From positions 1 to 64,000 of the forward strand of contig CAZUDQ010000006.1 of the NCBI GenBank assembly GCA_964619365.1: a DNA stretch of 64,000 nucleotides, given 5' to 3'. The notes beneath the pieces are model-generated. The model made no database searches. It saw only the letters and a program-made list of their open reading frames with translations, and was not told the DNA's origin. Source of the DNA: an uncultured archaeon. Lineage in GTDB: Archaea > Altiarchaeota > Altiarchaeia > JAFGQM01. Shown here in pieces: positions 1 to 9,516 of this stretch. Position 1 is the first letter of the stretch; each line of letters starts with the position of its first letter. The position numbers were made by a program, and so were the translations under genes.

Positions 1-39
1 AGCACTCTTTTTATAGGCTTTGCCCTCCAAAATAAGACG

Positions 40-2277
40 ATGGCATCTCATCCCCTGCTTAAGGAAGGTCCCCCTTTACGGGAATACCAGGAAGCCTCCT
101 TAGCTGTTGCCCTTGAAAAGGATACTCTTGTTGTTCTTCCAACAGGACTTGGGAAAACGATGATTGCAACGCACCTTGCCGCCTACAGGCTTGGGAGCCT
201 TAAAGATTCTAAGGCGCTAATTCTCGCCCCGACTAAACCCTTATGCCAGCAGCACGAAGAAACCTTCCGCAAGGCTCTTAACTTGGGAGAAAAAGAATTT
301 GCGCTTATCACAGGAAGCATTAACGCAGAGAAAAGAAAGATTGCTTGGAAGACTGCAAGACTTGTTATTGCAACGCCTCAAACCATTGAAAACGACGTCA
401 TCTCGGGAAATATCCACTTAAAAGACGTCTCCTTAGTCGTCTTTGACGAGGCGCACCGGGCAGTTGGCGACTATTCTTACACTTTCCTTGCAAAGAAGTA
501 TGAAGAGCAGGCTAGAAACAAGCGCACTCTTGCCTTAACTGCCTCCCCGGGAAGTGACAGGGAAAAGATTGATGAAGTTATTAAGAATCTTTGTGTTACT
601 GAAGTTGAGATAAGGACAGAAGCCGACCGCGACGTAAAAGGCCATGTACAACGCAGAGAAGTCGAGTGGGTAAAGATTCCCTTCCCGGAGAATTTCATGC
701 GTCTAAGGAAGCTCGTTGAAGGCGCCATAGGAAATTATGTTAAAACACTTAGAACGCAAGGCTACCTTCCCGGAGTCGGCATAAAGACCCTTAGGAAAAA
801 AGATATCCTAAGCCTGCAATCAGAACTCAGGCAAGCAATGGCAAAGGGCGAACCTGTGGGTGAAGACATCTCGGCAACAGCAGCACTTTTAAAACTATAT
901 CACGCTGAAGAGCTTCTCGAAACTCAAGGCCTTTTCCCACTTAAGGAATATTGGGGTAGACTCCGAAAACAAAAAAGCAGGGCGGTTTTTGGAATCCTTT
1001 CTCGCAAAGATATCAGAAACGCTATTGGCTTAACTGAACTTTTATGCAGCCAGAACGTCGAGCACCCAAAACTTGAAAAGCTAAGGGAAATCTGCCACGG
1101 GCAAATAGAGGCAAGCCCAAACTCAAAGATAATTGTTTTTAGCCAGTACCGAGACAGCGTTGATAACATACTTAAATCACTAGAATCTCTTGATAATGTT
1201 CTTGCAAAAAAGTTGATTGGCCAGGCAAGGACTGATAAAACCGCGGGGATGAGCCAAAAGGCGCAAAAAGAGACCTTGGCAGAATTCAACTTGGGCGTCT
1301 TTAACACTCTTGTTGCAACCTCAGTTGGAGAAGAAGGACTTGACGTTGATGAAGTTGATTTAGTAGTTTTCTATGAACCGGTTCCAAGTGAGATAAGGAC
1401 TATTCAAAGACGGGGACGAACTGCAAGGAAAAAAGAGGGCAAACAAGTTGTCCTTGTCACTCAAAACACGCGCGATGAGGCGTTTTACTGGTCTGCGTTC
1501 CATAAAGAGCGCCGTATGAAAAGTGCAATATCAGACTTAAAGGACGAGCTTTCAGGGGTCAAAAAAGAGGAAGGCGACCCGAAGCAAAAAAACCTTTCAG
1601 GATTTATCCCGGAAGAAAAATCAGGCAAGGGTCTTGAAGTAATTGTCGACCAAAGGGAACGCGCTTCAGGCATCGCAAGAAAACTAAGTGAACTTGGAGC
1701 AAGTGTTAAAATCGAGCAGCTTCCTGTTGCTGACTTTATAGTAAGTGAGCGTGTTGCAATCGAAAGAAAGGAAATTGATGATTTTTTAGAGTCGCTAATT
1801 GACGGGCGCCTCCTTAGGCAAGCAAAAGACTTAAGCGCTAATTTTGCGCGCCCGGTAATCATAATCGAAGGGGACGCATCAACCTTATACTCAAGAAGAA
1901 ATATTCACCCTGAAGCAATAAGAGGAGCTTTATGCGCCCTTGCAACAGGCTTTGAGATTCCAATACTCCACAGCAAAGACGAAGAGGACACAGCAAGACT
2001 TATCCTTTCCTTAGGAAGAAGAGAAAGAGAACGGGGAGAGTCTAAGGAGTTTTCACTCAGAGGGGATAAGCACGCTATGAGCGACTCTGAACACAGGCGC
2101 TACATAATAGAATCGTTGCCTGACGTATCAAGTGTCCTTGCAAAACGCCTTATTGATAACTTTGCTTCTGTGGAATCAGTCATCTGCGCAAGTGAAACTG
2201 AACTATGCCTGGTGGATGGAATTGGAAAGAAGACTGCAAAAAAGATTCGGGACCTTGTTTCCTCACAAGAAAAGTAG
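40..2277 (+). CDS. hef: Hef/FANCM-like DEAH helicase fused to ERCC4/XPF nuclease
   Basis: Walker A LPTGLGKT, DEAH box (VFDEAHRA), TAS motif III, QRRGRTAR motif VI; C-terminal ERCC4 domain (VADF..ERK) and HhH (GIGKKTA). Confidence 0.95.
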   Translation: MASHPLLKEGPPLREYQEASLAVALEKDTLVVLPTGLGKTMIATHLAAYRLGSLKDSKALILAPTKPLCQQHEETFRKALNLGEKEFALITGSINAEKRKIAWKTARLVIATPQTIENDVISGNIHLKDVSLVVFDEAHRAVGDYSYTFLAKKYEEQARNKRTLALTASPGSDREKIDEVIKNLCVTEVEIRTEADRDVKGHVQRREVEWVKIPFPENFMRLRKLVEGAIGNYVKTLRTQGYLPGVGIKTLRKKDILSLQSELRQAMAKGEPVGEDISATAALLKLYHAEELLETQGLFPLKEYWGRLRKQKSRAVFGILSRKDIRNAIGLTELLCSQNVEHPKLEKLREICHGQIEASPNSKIIVFSQYRDSVDNILKSLESLDNVLAKKLIGQARTDKTAGMSQKAQKETLAEFNLGVFNTLVATSVGEEGLDVDEVDLVVFYEPVPSEIRTIQRRGRTARKKEGKQVVLVTQNTRDEAFYWSAFHKERRMKSAISDLKDELSGVKKEEGDPKQKNLSGFIPEEKSGKGLEVIVDQRERASGIARKLSELGASVKIEQLPVADFIVSERVAIERKEIDDFLESLIDGRLLRQAKDLSANFARPVIIIEGDASTLYSRRNIHPEAIRGALCALATGFEIPILHSKDEEDTARLILSLGRRERERGESKEFSLRGDKHAMSDSEHRRYIIESLPDVSSVLAKRLIDNFASVESVICASETELCLVDGIGKKTAKKIRDLVSSQEK

Positions 2278-2373
2278 AGTTTACGTTTTTCTTAGGGGTC
2301 TCTTAAATTAAACCAGATAGCAAAAAACCCAAGTTAGACAGCCATTTGAGATATAGAGTTCATACTGGAAAAA

Positions 2374-4152
2374 ATGGAAACAAGAATAAATAAGGAAGGC
2401 GACAACGTCCTTCACATTCACGATAATATAGCAGTCCTTTGGACACAAGGCTCATTGCCAAACGACTCGCAAGAACTTCTTGAAAGTACGATATTTTGTG
2501 CGATTACAAAAGAGTATGTAAATAGCCTTGAAGAAAAAGATTCTCCCATCTTTGAAGTCTTTCCAAAAGGAATAAAAATAGATAAGGCCGCAGAGCTTGC
2601 AACAAGCTTCATTTGTACGCTTGGAAAAAAGAAAGTAACTGAACTTTCCGGAAACGAGGACTTTTATCCTATGTTAAAGGATCTTACTCTTGCAGATGCT
2701 TTTGTCAAGGGACTCTTCAATTACTGGCGCTCTTTTGAGCGTTTCCTCGTCCTCCGCTCGCCTGCCGCATCAAACTATGACGGTCAGCCTTACCGCGCAT
2801 TTAACGCAACAATCGAGGAATTAAACCATCAGGTAAGAAAGGCATTTCGCGAGATTCGCGAGAACATTACCGGTGCGCATCCAAGGATTTACCGTCAGAC
2901 TGCAGCAGGCTTTGAAATCGGAGTTATTGCCGCGCGAAAAGATATTCCAATGCCTAAGGATTATGATTATCTCAATGAAATCCCCGTAATAAGGCAGCTT
3001 CTTATTGAACCGCCCCTTATACTTGACCCCCCCATGAACAAACGGCGCGGGATGTTTACTAGAGTGGATGAAAATCCATTAGAGGGTGTTGATTTTTCAG
3101 ATGGAGAATGGCTTTGTTATCCTGCCAAGGTGGGCGACCTTATAATCCACACCTATTTTCACAATAAATTCACACCCTTAGGATGCTCCCTTGCAAACCT
3201 ATTTGACTTGGCGTGGACTGAAGACCTCGCAAAAAAGCCTGATGCAATTTATGCTTATGGTGTCCCGGCAAAAAAGCTTGAGCGCTTTGGAGATCTCCCT
3301 ACAGTGTTCTACGACGATGAGAAAAACGGCATGCTTGTCGGCGTTGTCCCAGAAGGCGATGAATATGGATATTTTGGCTATCTAAAAAAGATGATACTTA
3401 CTCTTCATAATATTATTATGATGAAGCGTGGGCGCATGCCAATTCACGGCGCCATGGTCAAAATAACCCTTAAGAATGGGAAAAGTGCAAATATCGTTAT
3501 TATGGGCGACTCAGGGGCTGGAAAAAGCGAAAGCCTTGAAGCCTTCCGTTACCTTGCCCGCGACAATCTAAGTGAGATGATTATCATATTCGATGATATG
3601 GGCTCATTTGAGATTGATGATAAAGGAGTCTTGCGCGCTTACGGGACTGAAAGTGGCGCCTTTATGCGACTTGACGACTTAAGCCCTGGTTTTGCCTTTG
3701 ATAATCTTGACCGCTCGATAATCATGAGTCCGCAGAAGCTAAACGCTCGTGCTCTTATCCCGGTTACAACAATAGAAGAAATCCTAAGGGGATACAAAGT
3801 AGACTACTTCCTCTATGCGAACAATTATGAGCCTGTTGAGGATGGGCGCCCACACATAACGCGATTTAATTCCCCTCGGGATGCAATGGATGTTTTCTCT
3901 AAGGGTATGCGGATGTCAAAAGGAACAACTGATACATCAGGTGTAGTCTCAACATATTATGGAAACCTCTTTGGTCCGGCTCAGTACAAAGCACTTCATG
4001 AAGATATAGCCAAAAGATATTTCAAAACTCTCTTTGATAATGGCACATATGTCGGTGAGCTAAAGACGCTTCTTGGGGTAAAAGGCTTTGAGAAAAAGGG
4101 TCCGCAGCTTGCAGCAAAAGCGCTTCTTGAGGCAATCTCAAAAAAGAGCTGA
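2374..4152 (+). CDS. Phosphoenolpyruvate carboxykinase-like P-loop protein
   Basis: PIHGAM, P-loop GDSGAGKSE and IIIFDD motifs of the PEPCK/HPrK nucleotide-binding fold. Confidence 0.7.
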   Translation: METRINKEGDNVLHIHDNIAVLWTQGSLPNDSQELLESTIFCAITKEYVNSLEEKDSPIFEVFPKGIKIDKAAELATSFICTLGKKKVTELSGNEDFYPMLKDLTLADAFVKGLFNYWRSFERFLVLRSPAASNYDGQPYRAFNATIEELNHQVRKAFREIRENITGAHPRIYRQTAAGFEIGVIAARKDIPMPKDYDYLNEIPVIRQLLIEPPLILDPPMNKRRGMFTRVDENPLEGVDFSDGEWLCYPAKVGDLIIHTYFHNKFTPLGCSLANLFDLAWTEDLAKKPDAIYAYGVPAKKLERFGDLPTVFYDDEKNGMLVGVVPEGDEYGYFGYLKKMILTLHNIIMMKRGRMPIHGAMVKITLKNGKSANIVIMGDSGAGKSESLEAFRYLARDNLSEMIIIFDDMGSFEIDDKGVLRAYGTESGAFMRLDDLSPGFAFDNLDRSIIMSPQKLNARALIPVTTIEEILRGYKVDYFLYANNYEPVEDGRPHITRFNSPRDAMDVFSKGMRMSKGTTDTSGVVSTYYGNLFGPAQYKALHEDIAKRYFKTLFDNGTYVGELKTLLGVKGFEKKGPQLAAKALLEAISKKS

Positions 4153-5211
4153 AAAGGAAGGGAACTCTTTTGTCCTCAGGCCACAATTTGTAAAATGTGT
4201 GGGTATGCCAGAACATGCGTTTATGGCATCAATCGTCTTTGGTGATGGGACATCGGCCTTGTCTGAAAAGTGGTGTATGTCATAAAACGGAACTGCTATC
4301 TCCTGCTCTGCAGAAACAGTTTTAATCAGTTTTTCCACTTTTGGGTTCTCTGACTCCACAGTTTTGCAAAAGTCCGGGTCTGCAAAGGCGCCAGTCCAAA
4401 GAGGACCAGCCCACGATAATTGTGAGGAGCAATTTGGGCAGGAATCGTTAAACCTATCGACATCCACATAATCCCGCCATCCACAGGAATAGCAATGTTG
4501 TAAATAGTTTATCTTCTTCACTGATTCGTTGGCTGCAGTTATCCCGCGCTTTGCCCTTAGAAAAAGCCTGAAATAATGTCTGCCGGAATATGAAAAGACA
4601 GGTTCAAGGGTCGAGTCATATCTTGCCATGGCGCGAATTGATGCTCCAATCAGGATTCTAAGGCCTATTTCTTTAGCATATGGCGTCTTAAGGGGGCGTG
4701 CCCCGTATCTCCTTAGACTGGTCTTAACTGAGACTCCACACAGAGGTGCAGTATCTGTTGAGGTAACACAAATCAAACCATTTTTACGGTTTATTGCCCG
4801 CACAGAAGAGTCCATTGCTCCAATAAAGGGACCGAATGGGTCAAGGTCTATTACATCAATCTTTTCGCATTTATTCTGCCTAAGAAGCTCGTTTACATCA
4901 AGACAATGGATTTCACCCTCTACTGCATTTAGTTTCAGGTTCTTTTTAAGAAGCTTTGTGGCGTCTGGAGAGAGATCATTAAAGATTGCGCGGGAGAAGC
5001 CTGCCTCCTTTATCGCGCGAAGCCCGCGGATGCCTGAAGCGCACATGCCGTCAAGATAACTCATCCCCCCGTTTGCCTTTGTTATTGCAACGGTGAGGTC
5101 TCGGTCAAACTCCATAAAAGGATTATAAAATACTGGGAGCTTTTTTGAAACCTGCTCGGAACCGGCGTCAGCCGCATAGAATTTGACTTGTCCTTCGCTA
5201 AATAGCTTCAT
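4138..5211 (-). CDS. trm1: tRNA (guanine-26-N2)-dimethyltransferase
   Basis: VFYNP, ASGIRGLR, DLDPFG, TSTD, EIGLRIL, C-terminal Zn-finger CxxC..CxxC and GPLW. Confidence 0.93.
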   Translation of the reverse strand: MKLFSEGQVKFYAADAGSEQVSKKLPVFYNPFMEFDRDLTVAITKANGGMSYLDGMCASGIRGLRAIKEAGFSRAIFNDLSPDATKLLKKNLKLNAVEGEIHCLDVNELLRQNKCEKIDVIDLDPFGPFIGAMDSSVRAINRKNGLICVTSTDTAPLCGVSVKTSLRRYGARPLKTPYAKEIGLRILIGASIRAMARYDSTLEPVFSYSGRHYFRLFLRAKRGITAANESVKKINYLQHCYSCGWRDYVDVDRFNDSCPNCSSQLSWAGPLWTGAFADPDFCKTVESENPKVEKLIKTVSAEQEIAVPFYDIHHFSDKADVPSPKTIDAINACSGIPTHFTNCGLRTKEFPSFSALF

Positions 5212-5238
5212 TTCAATTTAGTTTTGAACTTAAAATGT

Positions 5239-6273
5239 TTAAAGGTCCTTAAATTCATCAGGAATTATTTCTCCCGAAACGTTCTCCCCTTCAGGGATTA
5301 TCACGTCCGGACCTATTCTTGAACCTGCCCTAATCCTTGTCTTGGGGCCGATTTTTGTCCTGTCCCCAATGACTGAAGCCTCTATTTGGACGCCTTCTCC
5401 TATGACAGAGTCCTTTCCAATAATCGAATCAGATATGGCGGCTCCAGAGTATACCTTTACTCCGGGGAAAAGCACTGAGCGCTCAATTGTGCAGTCTTCT
5501 GCGATATCGCAGGAATCTGATATGTAAGATTCCTTAAAATTGGGGCTCTCCTTGCAACCCTCGGGTGTGCGAGTCTTGCCTGAGAGGTAATGTCTTGTTG
5601 CGGCAAGGTAGTCCTCAGGACATCCGATATCCCGCCAGTACGCCTTTGTAACTGAACCTGATATCTTTTTTCCCTCACTTAGCATCTTTGGGAAAAGATC
5701 TTTTGAGAAGTCATAAAACGCGAGAGGAATCATGTCAAGAACCTCTGGCTCTAAAATATATATCCCGGCATTTGCAAGATTTGAGAAGGTCTCACTTGGC
5801 GTGGGCTTTTCCTTAAAGCGCACTATAGCGTCGCCTTCCATTTCAGCTATTCCAAAATGAGAGACTTCATCTACTTCCATTAAGCATATTGTTGCCAGGG
5901 CGCGGGCCTTTTTGTGCTCGGAGATAATCTTTTGGATCTTGATGTCGCTTACCGAGTCGCCTTGAACTACGGCAAAAGTCCCATCAATTTTCCCGGCGGC
6001 ATTTTTGACTGAGCCTGCAGTACCGAGAGCTTCTTTTTCGTTTACAACAGATATCTTAATGCCTAAATCTTTAACACCGCAGAAATAATCACAAATCTCA
6101 TCTGCTTTATAGTTTGTTGTTATTATGATTTCAGAAAAACCCTCTTTTTTTAATTTCTCAACTATTCCTTCCATTGCAGGTTTTCCTAAGAATGGGACCA
6201 TGGGCTTTGCGCGAGTGTAGGTAAGGGGCCTTAGGCGCGTGCCTTGTCCTCCTGCAAGAATTACTGCTTTCAT
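5239..6273 (-). CDS. NDP-sugar pyrophosphorylase (mannose-1-P guanylyltransferase-like) with left-handed beta-helix
   Basis: ILAGGQGTRLRPLT, LGTAGSV, FKEKP, WRDIG; C-terminal hexapeptide repeats. Confidence 0.9.
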   Translation of the reverse strand: MKAVILAGGQGTRLRPLTYTRAKPMVPFLGKPAMEGIVEKLKKEGFSEIIITTNYKADEICDYFCGVKDLGIKISVVNEKEALGTAGSVKNAAGKIDGTFAVVQGDSVSDIKIQKIISEHKKARALATICLMEVDEVSHFGIAEMEGDAIVRFKEKPTPSETFSNLANAGIYILEPEVLDMIPLAFYDFSKDLFPKMLSEGKKISGSVTKAYWRDIGCPEDYLAATRHYLSGKTRTPEGCKESPNFKESYISDSCDIAEDCTIERSVLFPGVKVYSGAAISDSIIGKDSVIGEGVQIEASVIGDRTKIGPKTRIRAGSRIGPDVIIPEGENVSGEIIPDEFKDL

Positions 6274-6311
6274 ATCTATTAGTTAGAAGCTAGATGCTAT
6301 TTATGCGCCTT

Positions 6312-7229
6312 TTACTCAAACTCTATTGTTGCCGGAGGCTTGTTTGTCAGGTCATAAAGGACTCGTGTTACTTCCCTGACTTCTGAGGTTATTCTATCAG
6401 CAATCTTTCTTTGGACCTCCCACGGGATTTCCATTGATTTTGCAGTCATGGCATCCAGACTTTCAACAGCGCGCACGGCAATCATGTAGCCGTATTCGCG
6501 TTCATCACCTTTAACTCCTGTCGCGCGACCCGGAAGTATTGCGGCTAGAGCCTGCCAGGGTTTGAGATTCGCTTTTTCCAGCTCTTCAAGGACTATGACA
6601 TCAGCCTCTTTTACTGCCACGAGACGCTCGCGGCTTATTGCTCCAAGTATTCGGACAGCAAGACCTGGGCCTGGAAAAGGCATCCTTTCTGAAATCTCAG
6701 GGGGAAGCTTAAGGGTGTGTGCAACCTTGCGCACTTCATCCTTGTATAAATCACGAAGCGGCTCGACGAGTTCTAAAATCATCCCATCGGGAAGTGTCAG
6801 GTTGTGGTGGCTTTTTATTTTGCCCCCAGTCTCAATCCAGTCCGGAGCTATTGTTCCTTGTACAAGGAACTTTGAATCTGCGATGCGAGCTTCGCGCTCA
6901 AATACTTCAATGAACTTGTGACCGATTATCTTTCTTTTCTCTTCTGGGTCCTCGATGTTTGCAAGGGCGTCAATAAACTCATCACTCGCATCAACAAGCT
7001 TGAAATTAAGTCCGTACTTGCCTTCAAAGGTCTTTTTGACAAGCTCGGGTTCGTTCTTTCTCATAAATCCTGTATCGACAAAGACTGCCGTTAAATTGGA
7101 GCCTATTGCTTTTGCAACAAGAAGTGCTGCAACAGAAGAGTCAACACCGCCTGAAAGGCCAATTATTGCGTGCCTGGCCCCCACCTGCTCCTTTATGGCA
7201 GATACAGCGTCATTTATGAATGCTTCCAT
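6312..7229 (-). CDS. guaA: GMP synthase, ATP-pyrophosphatase subunit B
   Basis: SGGVDSS, IKSHHN, PFPGPGL, KPPATIEFE; the glutaminase domain is absent (split archaeal form). Confidence 0.95.
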   Translation of the reverse strand: MEAFINDAVSAIKEQVGARHAIIGLSGGVDSSVAALLVAKAIGSNLTAVFVDTGFMRKNEPELVKKTFEGKYGLNFKLVDASDEFIDALANIEDPEEKRKIIGHKFIEVFEREARIADSKFLVQGTIAPDWIETGGKIKSHHNLTLPDGMILELVEPLRDLYKDEVRKVAHTLKLPPEISERMPFPGPGLAVRILGAISRERLVAVKEADVIVLEELEKANLKPWQALAAILPGRATGVKGDEREYGYMIAVRAVESLDAMTAKSMEIPWEVQRKIADRITSEVREVTRVLYDLTNKPPATIEFE

Positions 7230-7238
7230 TTTGAAATG

Positions 7239-7577
7239 TTAAAACTGCAAGTCGACAAAACTTCCTTCTTTTAAACCGAGGGCTTCTTTGAGATTTTTTT
7301 CTGCGATGACTTCGACTATACCTTCTTCTCTGTTTTTGCCTTTTTCTGGAAAGACTGCAAAGGCGCGCTCAAAGTTGACGGCACATGGCGCTATTTCTAC
7401 TGCGCCAAACTCCCCAAAAGCTTCAATCTCTTCAACTTCAAGAGGTGGTATAAACCCTACGTCAAGATTAAGGGTTCCGTGGAACGGCACGATTCCTGTC
7501 AGCTTCTTTATTTTCTGTGCATAAACTTCTACATACCGGGCCCCTTCACCCTTGCCCGCAACAACTTTCGCTTTCAT
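7239..7577 (-). CDS. ribK: CTP-dependent riboflavin kinase (short form)
   Basis: G.GEG..Y, PF.GTLN, VEVIA..NL...LGL.EG motifs of archaeal RibK. Confidence 0.8.
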   Translation of the reverse strand: MKAKVVAGKGEGARYVEVYAQKIKKLTGIVPFHGTLNLDVGFIPPLEVEEIEAFGEFGAVEIAPCAVNFERAFAVFPEKGKNREEGIVEVIAEKNLKEALGLKEGSFVDLQF

Positions 7578-7589
7578 CTTGATTAAAAT

Positions 7590-8291
7590 TTATAATTCGC
7601 AAACTGGTGGCATACTGCGTTTATGCCCAGTTTTTTCTATCATTAAATCTACCTTCTTATTTGAGCTTTTCCCTTTAAGAACCGAGTCAAGGTCTTCATA
7701 ACTTATTCCCAGTTCACCCTCGTCTGTTTGTCCTTCCCATAAACCTGCTGAAGGCGCCTTTTCGATTAGTTCGCTTGGAATTTTAAGAAAGCGCGCAAGT
7801 TCCCAGACCTCAGTCTTAAAGAGTCCTCCAATGGGGAGCATGTCGCATCCACCATCGCCGTACTTCGTGAAATATCCGACAGAAATCTCGCTTTTGTTTC
7901 CTGTACCAAGGACAAGATAATTAAGCCTGCGGGCTTCGTAATATAAAACTGCCATGCGCATTCTTGGAGAAAGGTTTGCAAGGGCATCTTTGTCAGCTGG
8001 AAGCTGTGAGGATATCGCTGAGACTGCGCTACCTATTTCAATTTTCTTAAAACTGATGCCAAGCCACTCTGCAAGAAGAATCGCATGAGCCTCATCTTGC
8101 GGGTTGCTGTTTTTTGAAGGCATGATTAAGCCTAATACATTCTCTTTTCCAAGGGATTGGGTCGCAAGTGTTGCGACAAGCGAGGAGTCGATACCTCCTG
8201 AAAGGCCAATGACTACACCTTTTGCGCGAGCCCCTCTTACTTGATTTAGGATAAATTCCTTGATTTTTTCTGCAGTGTCTGAATAGTCCAT
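7590..8291 (-). CDS. nadE: NH3-dependent NAD+ synthetase
   Basis: GLSGGIDSS, GTGNKSE, GYFTKYGDG, PSAGLWEGQTDE; start set at MDYSD because the ORF-track extension overlaps corA. Confidence 0.95.
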   Translation of the reverse strand: MDYSDTAEKIKEFILNQVRGARAKGVVIGLSGGIDSSLVATLATQSLGKENVLGLIMPSKNSNPQDEAHAILLAEWLGISFKKIEIGSAVSAISSQLPADKDALANLSPRMRMAVLYYEARRLNYLVLGTGNKSEISVGYFTKYGDGGCDMLPIGGLFKTEVWELARFLKIPSELIEKAPSAGLWEGQTDEGELGISYEDLDSVLKGKSSNKKVDLMIEKTGHKRSMPPVCEL

Positions 8292-8355
8292 TATAGAAAA
8301 TGCGCTTAATTTGGCGTTTTTATTAGAAAAAGAAGATAACAATACACAGCCCAAA

Positions 8356-9300
8356 ATGTATAAGTTTTCAAAGATAACGAGTTCCTTAGTCTCATCAGAG
8401 GATGTTGCAAGCCTGCCTAAATTCAAAAAGAAAAAAGGAGAACTTGTCTGGGTTGACGCTCTTGCCCATACGTATTCTGATATCAGCGAGCTTGAAAGCT
8501 CCTTTGGAATACATAAGCTTGTCCTTGAAGACGCGATGGGTTCTAACCAACGCCCAAAAGTCGAAGTCCATCCAGAGTACACCGTCATAATAATAAAACA
8601 TATTGAAGGGGCAAGCCCGCTTAAAATAACACAGGTAACAGCAATTGTCGGGGAGGGCTTTATCGTGACAATCCATCAGGTAAAGCTTGATGAGATAACG
8701 AGTATCCTGGACTCCTTGATTCCTAAAGATTGTGAGGGGGCGCGACTTGCTTATAAGATTCTTGATAAGGTGGTAGACGGTTATTTCCCCATTCTTGACA
8801 GTATCGAGGACGAAATAGAGCTTGTCGAAAAGATAATAACAGCCACCCCGACTGCAAAAGGCATTCCTTCTGAGATTCTTGACATAAAACGTGATTTGCT
8901 TCTTGTAAGAAAGGCAGTCTGGCCATCGCGTGATTCATTTGCGCTTCTTGCAAAAGGCGGTATGCCAGGAATAAGTGATGAATACTCGATTTACTTTAGG
9001 GACATCTATGACCACATAGTCCATGTAATCGACCTTGTTGAGACTTACAGGGACTTAATGGGAGGCATAATGGAAACATACCTTTCTGCGATATCAAACT
9101 CTACAAACGAGGTTATGAAAGTCCTGACAGTAATTGCAACAATATTCATCCCACTAACATTCATAACTGGACTTTACGGCATGAACTTCAAAATAATGCC
9201 TGAGATAACTTGGGAATATGGTTATATATTTGCGCTTCTTTTAATGTGCGTTACTGCAATAGGACTGATACTTTTCTTTAAGAAAAAGAAGTGGCTCTAA
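8356..9300 (+). CDS. corA: Magnesium/cobalt transporter CorA
   Basis: GLYGMNF signature, MPEITW loop, two C-terminal TM helices, QRPKVE. Confidence 0.95.
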   Translation: MYKFSKITSSLVSSEDVASLPKFKKKKGELVWVDALAHTYSDISELESSFGIHKLVLEDAMGSNQRPKVEVHPEYTVIIIKHIEGASPLKITQVTAIVGEGFIVTIHQVKLDEITSILDSLIPKDCEGARLAYKILDKVVDGYFPILDSIEDEIELVEKIITATPTAKGIPSEILDIKRDLLLVRKAVWPSRDSFALLAKGGMPGISDEYSIYFRDIYDHIVHVIDLVETYRDLMGGIMETYLSAISNSTNEVMKVLTVIATIFIPLTFITGLYGMNFKIMPEITWEYGYIFALLLMCVTAIGLILFFKKKKWL

Positions 9301-9307
9301 ATTCAAA

Positions 9308-9493
9308 ATGACAAAAGAATGCTCTGGCGAAGGCAATGCAAAGGAACATGGAGAACTTGAGAAAAACGTAGCTGAGATGATTGGTGCAGGATACCAGCTC
9401 TCCCAGATTTGGGATATGCTAAAGGCTGACGGCTTTACCGATGCCCAGATAAAGAGAGCTATGGCTCCTTTTGATACTGCAGAAAAAGAATAA
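9308..9493 (+). CDS. Small helical hypothetical protein
   Basis: 61 aa, AAAATG start right after corA; G.....I...L...G.....I..A pattern. Confidence 0.6.
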   Translation: MTKECSGEGNAKEHGELEKNVAEMIGAGYQLSQIWDMLKADGFTDAQIKRAMAPFDTAEKE

Positions 9494-9516
9494 TAATAAA
9501 TTTTTTCCTTTTTTTC

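Noticed and set aside
7590-8588. Long N-terminal extension of NadE (similar extensions in gadB, acd, coaD, eif2g, rps6e)
   Set aside because: Extensions overlap neighbouring genes or promoters; downstream ATGs with the local A-rich context fit family lengths.
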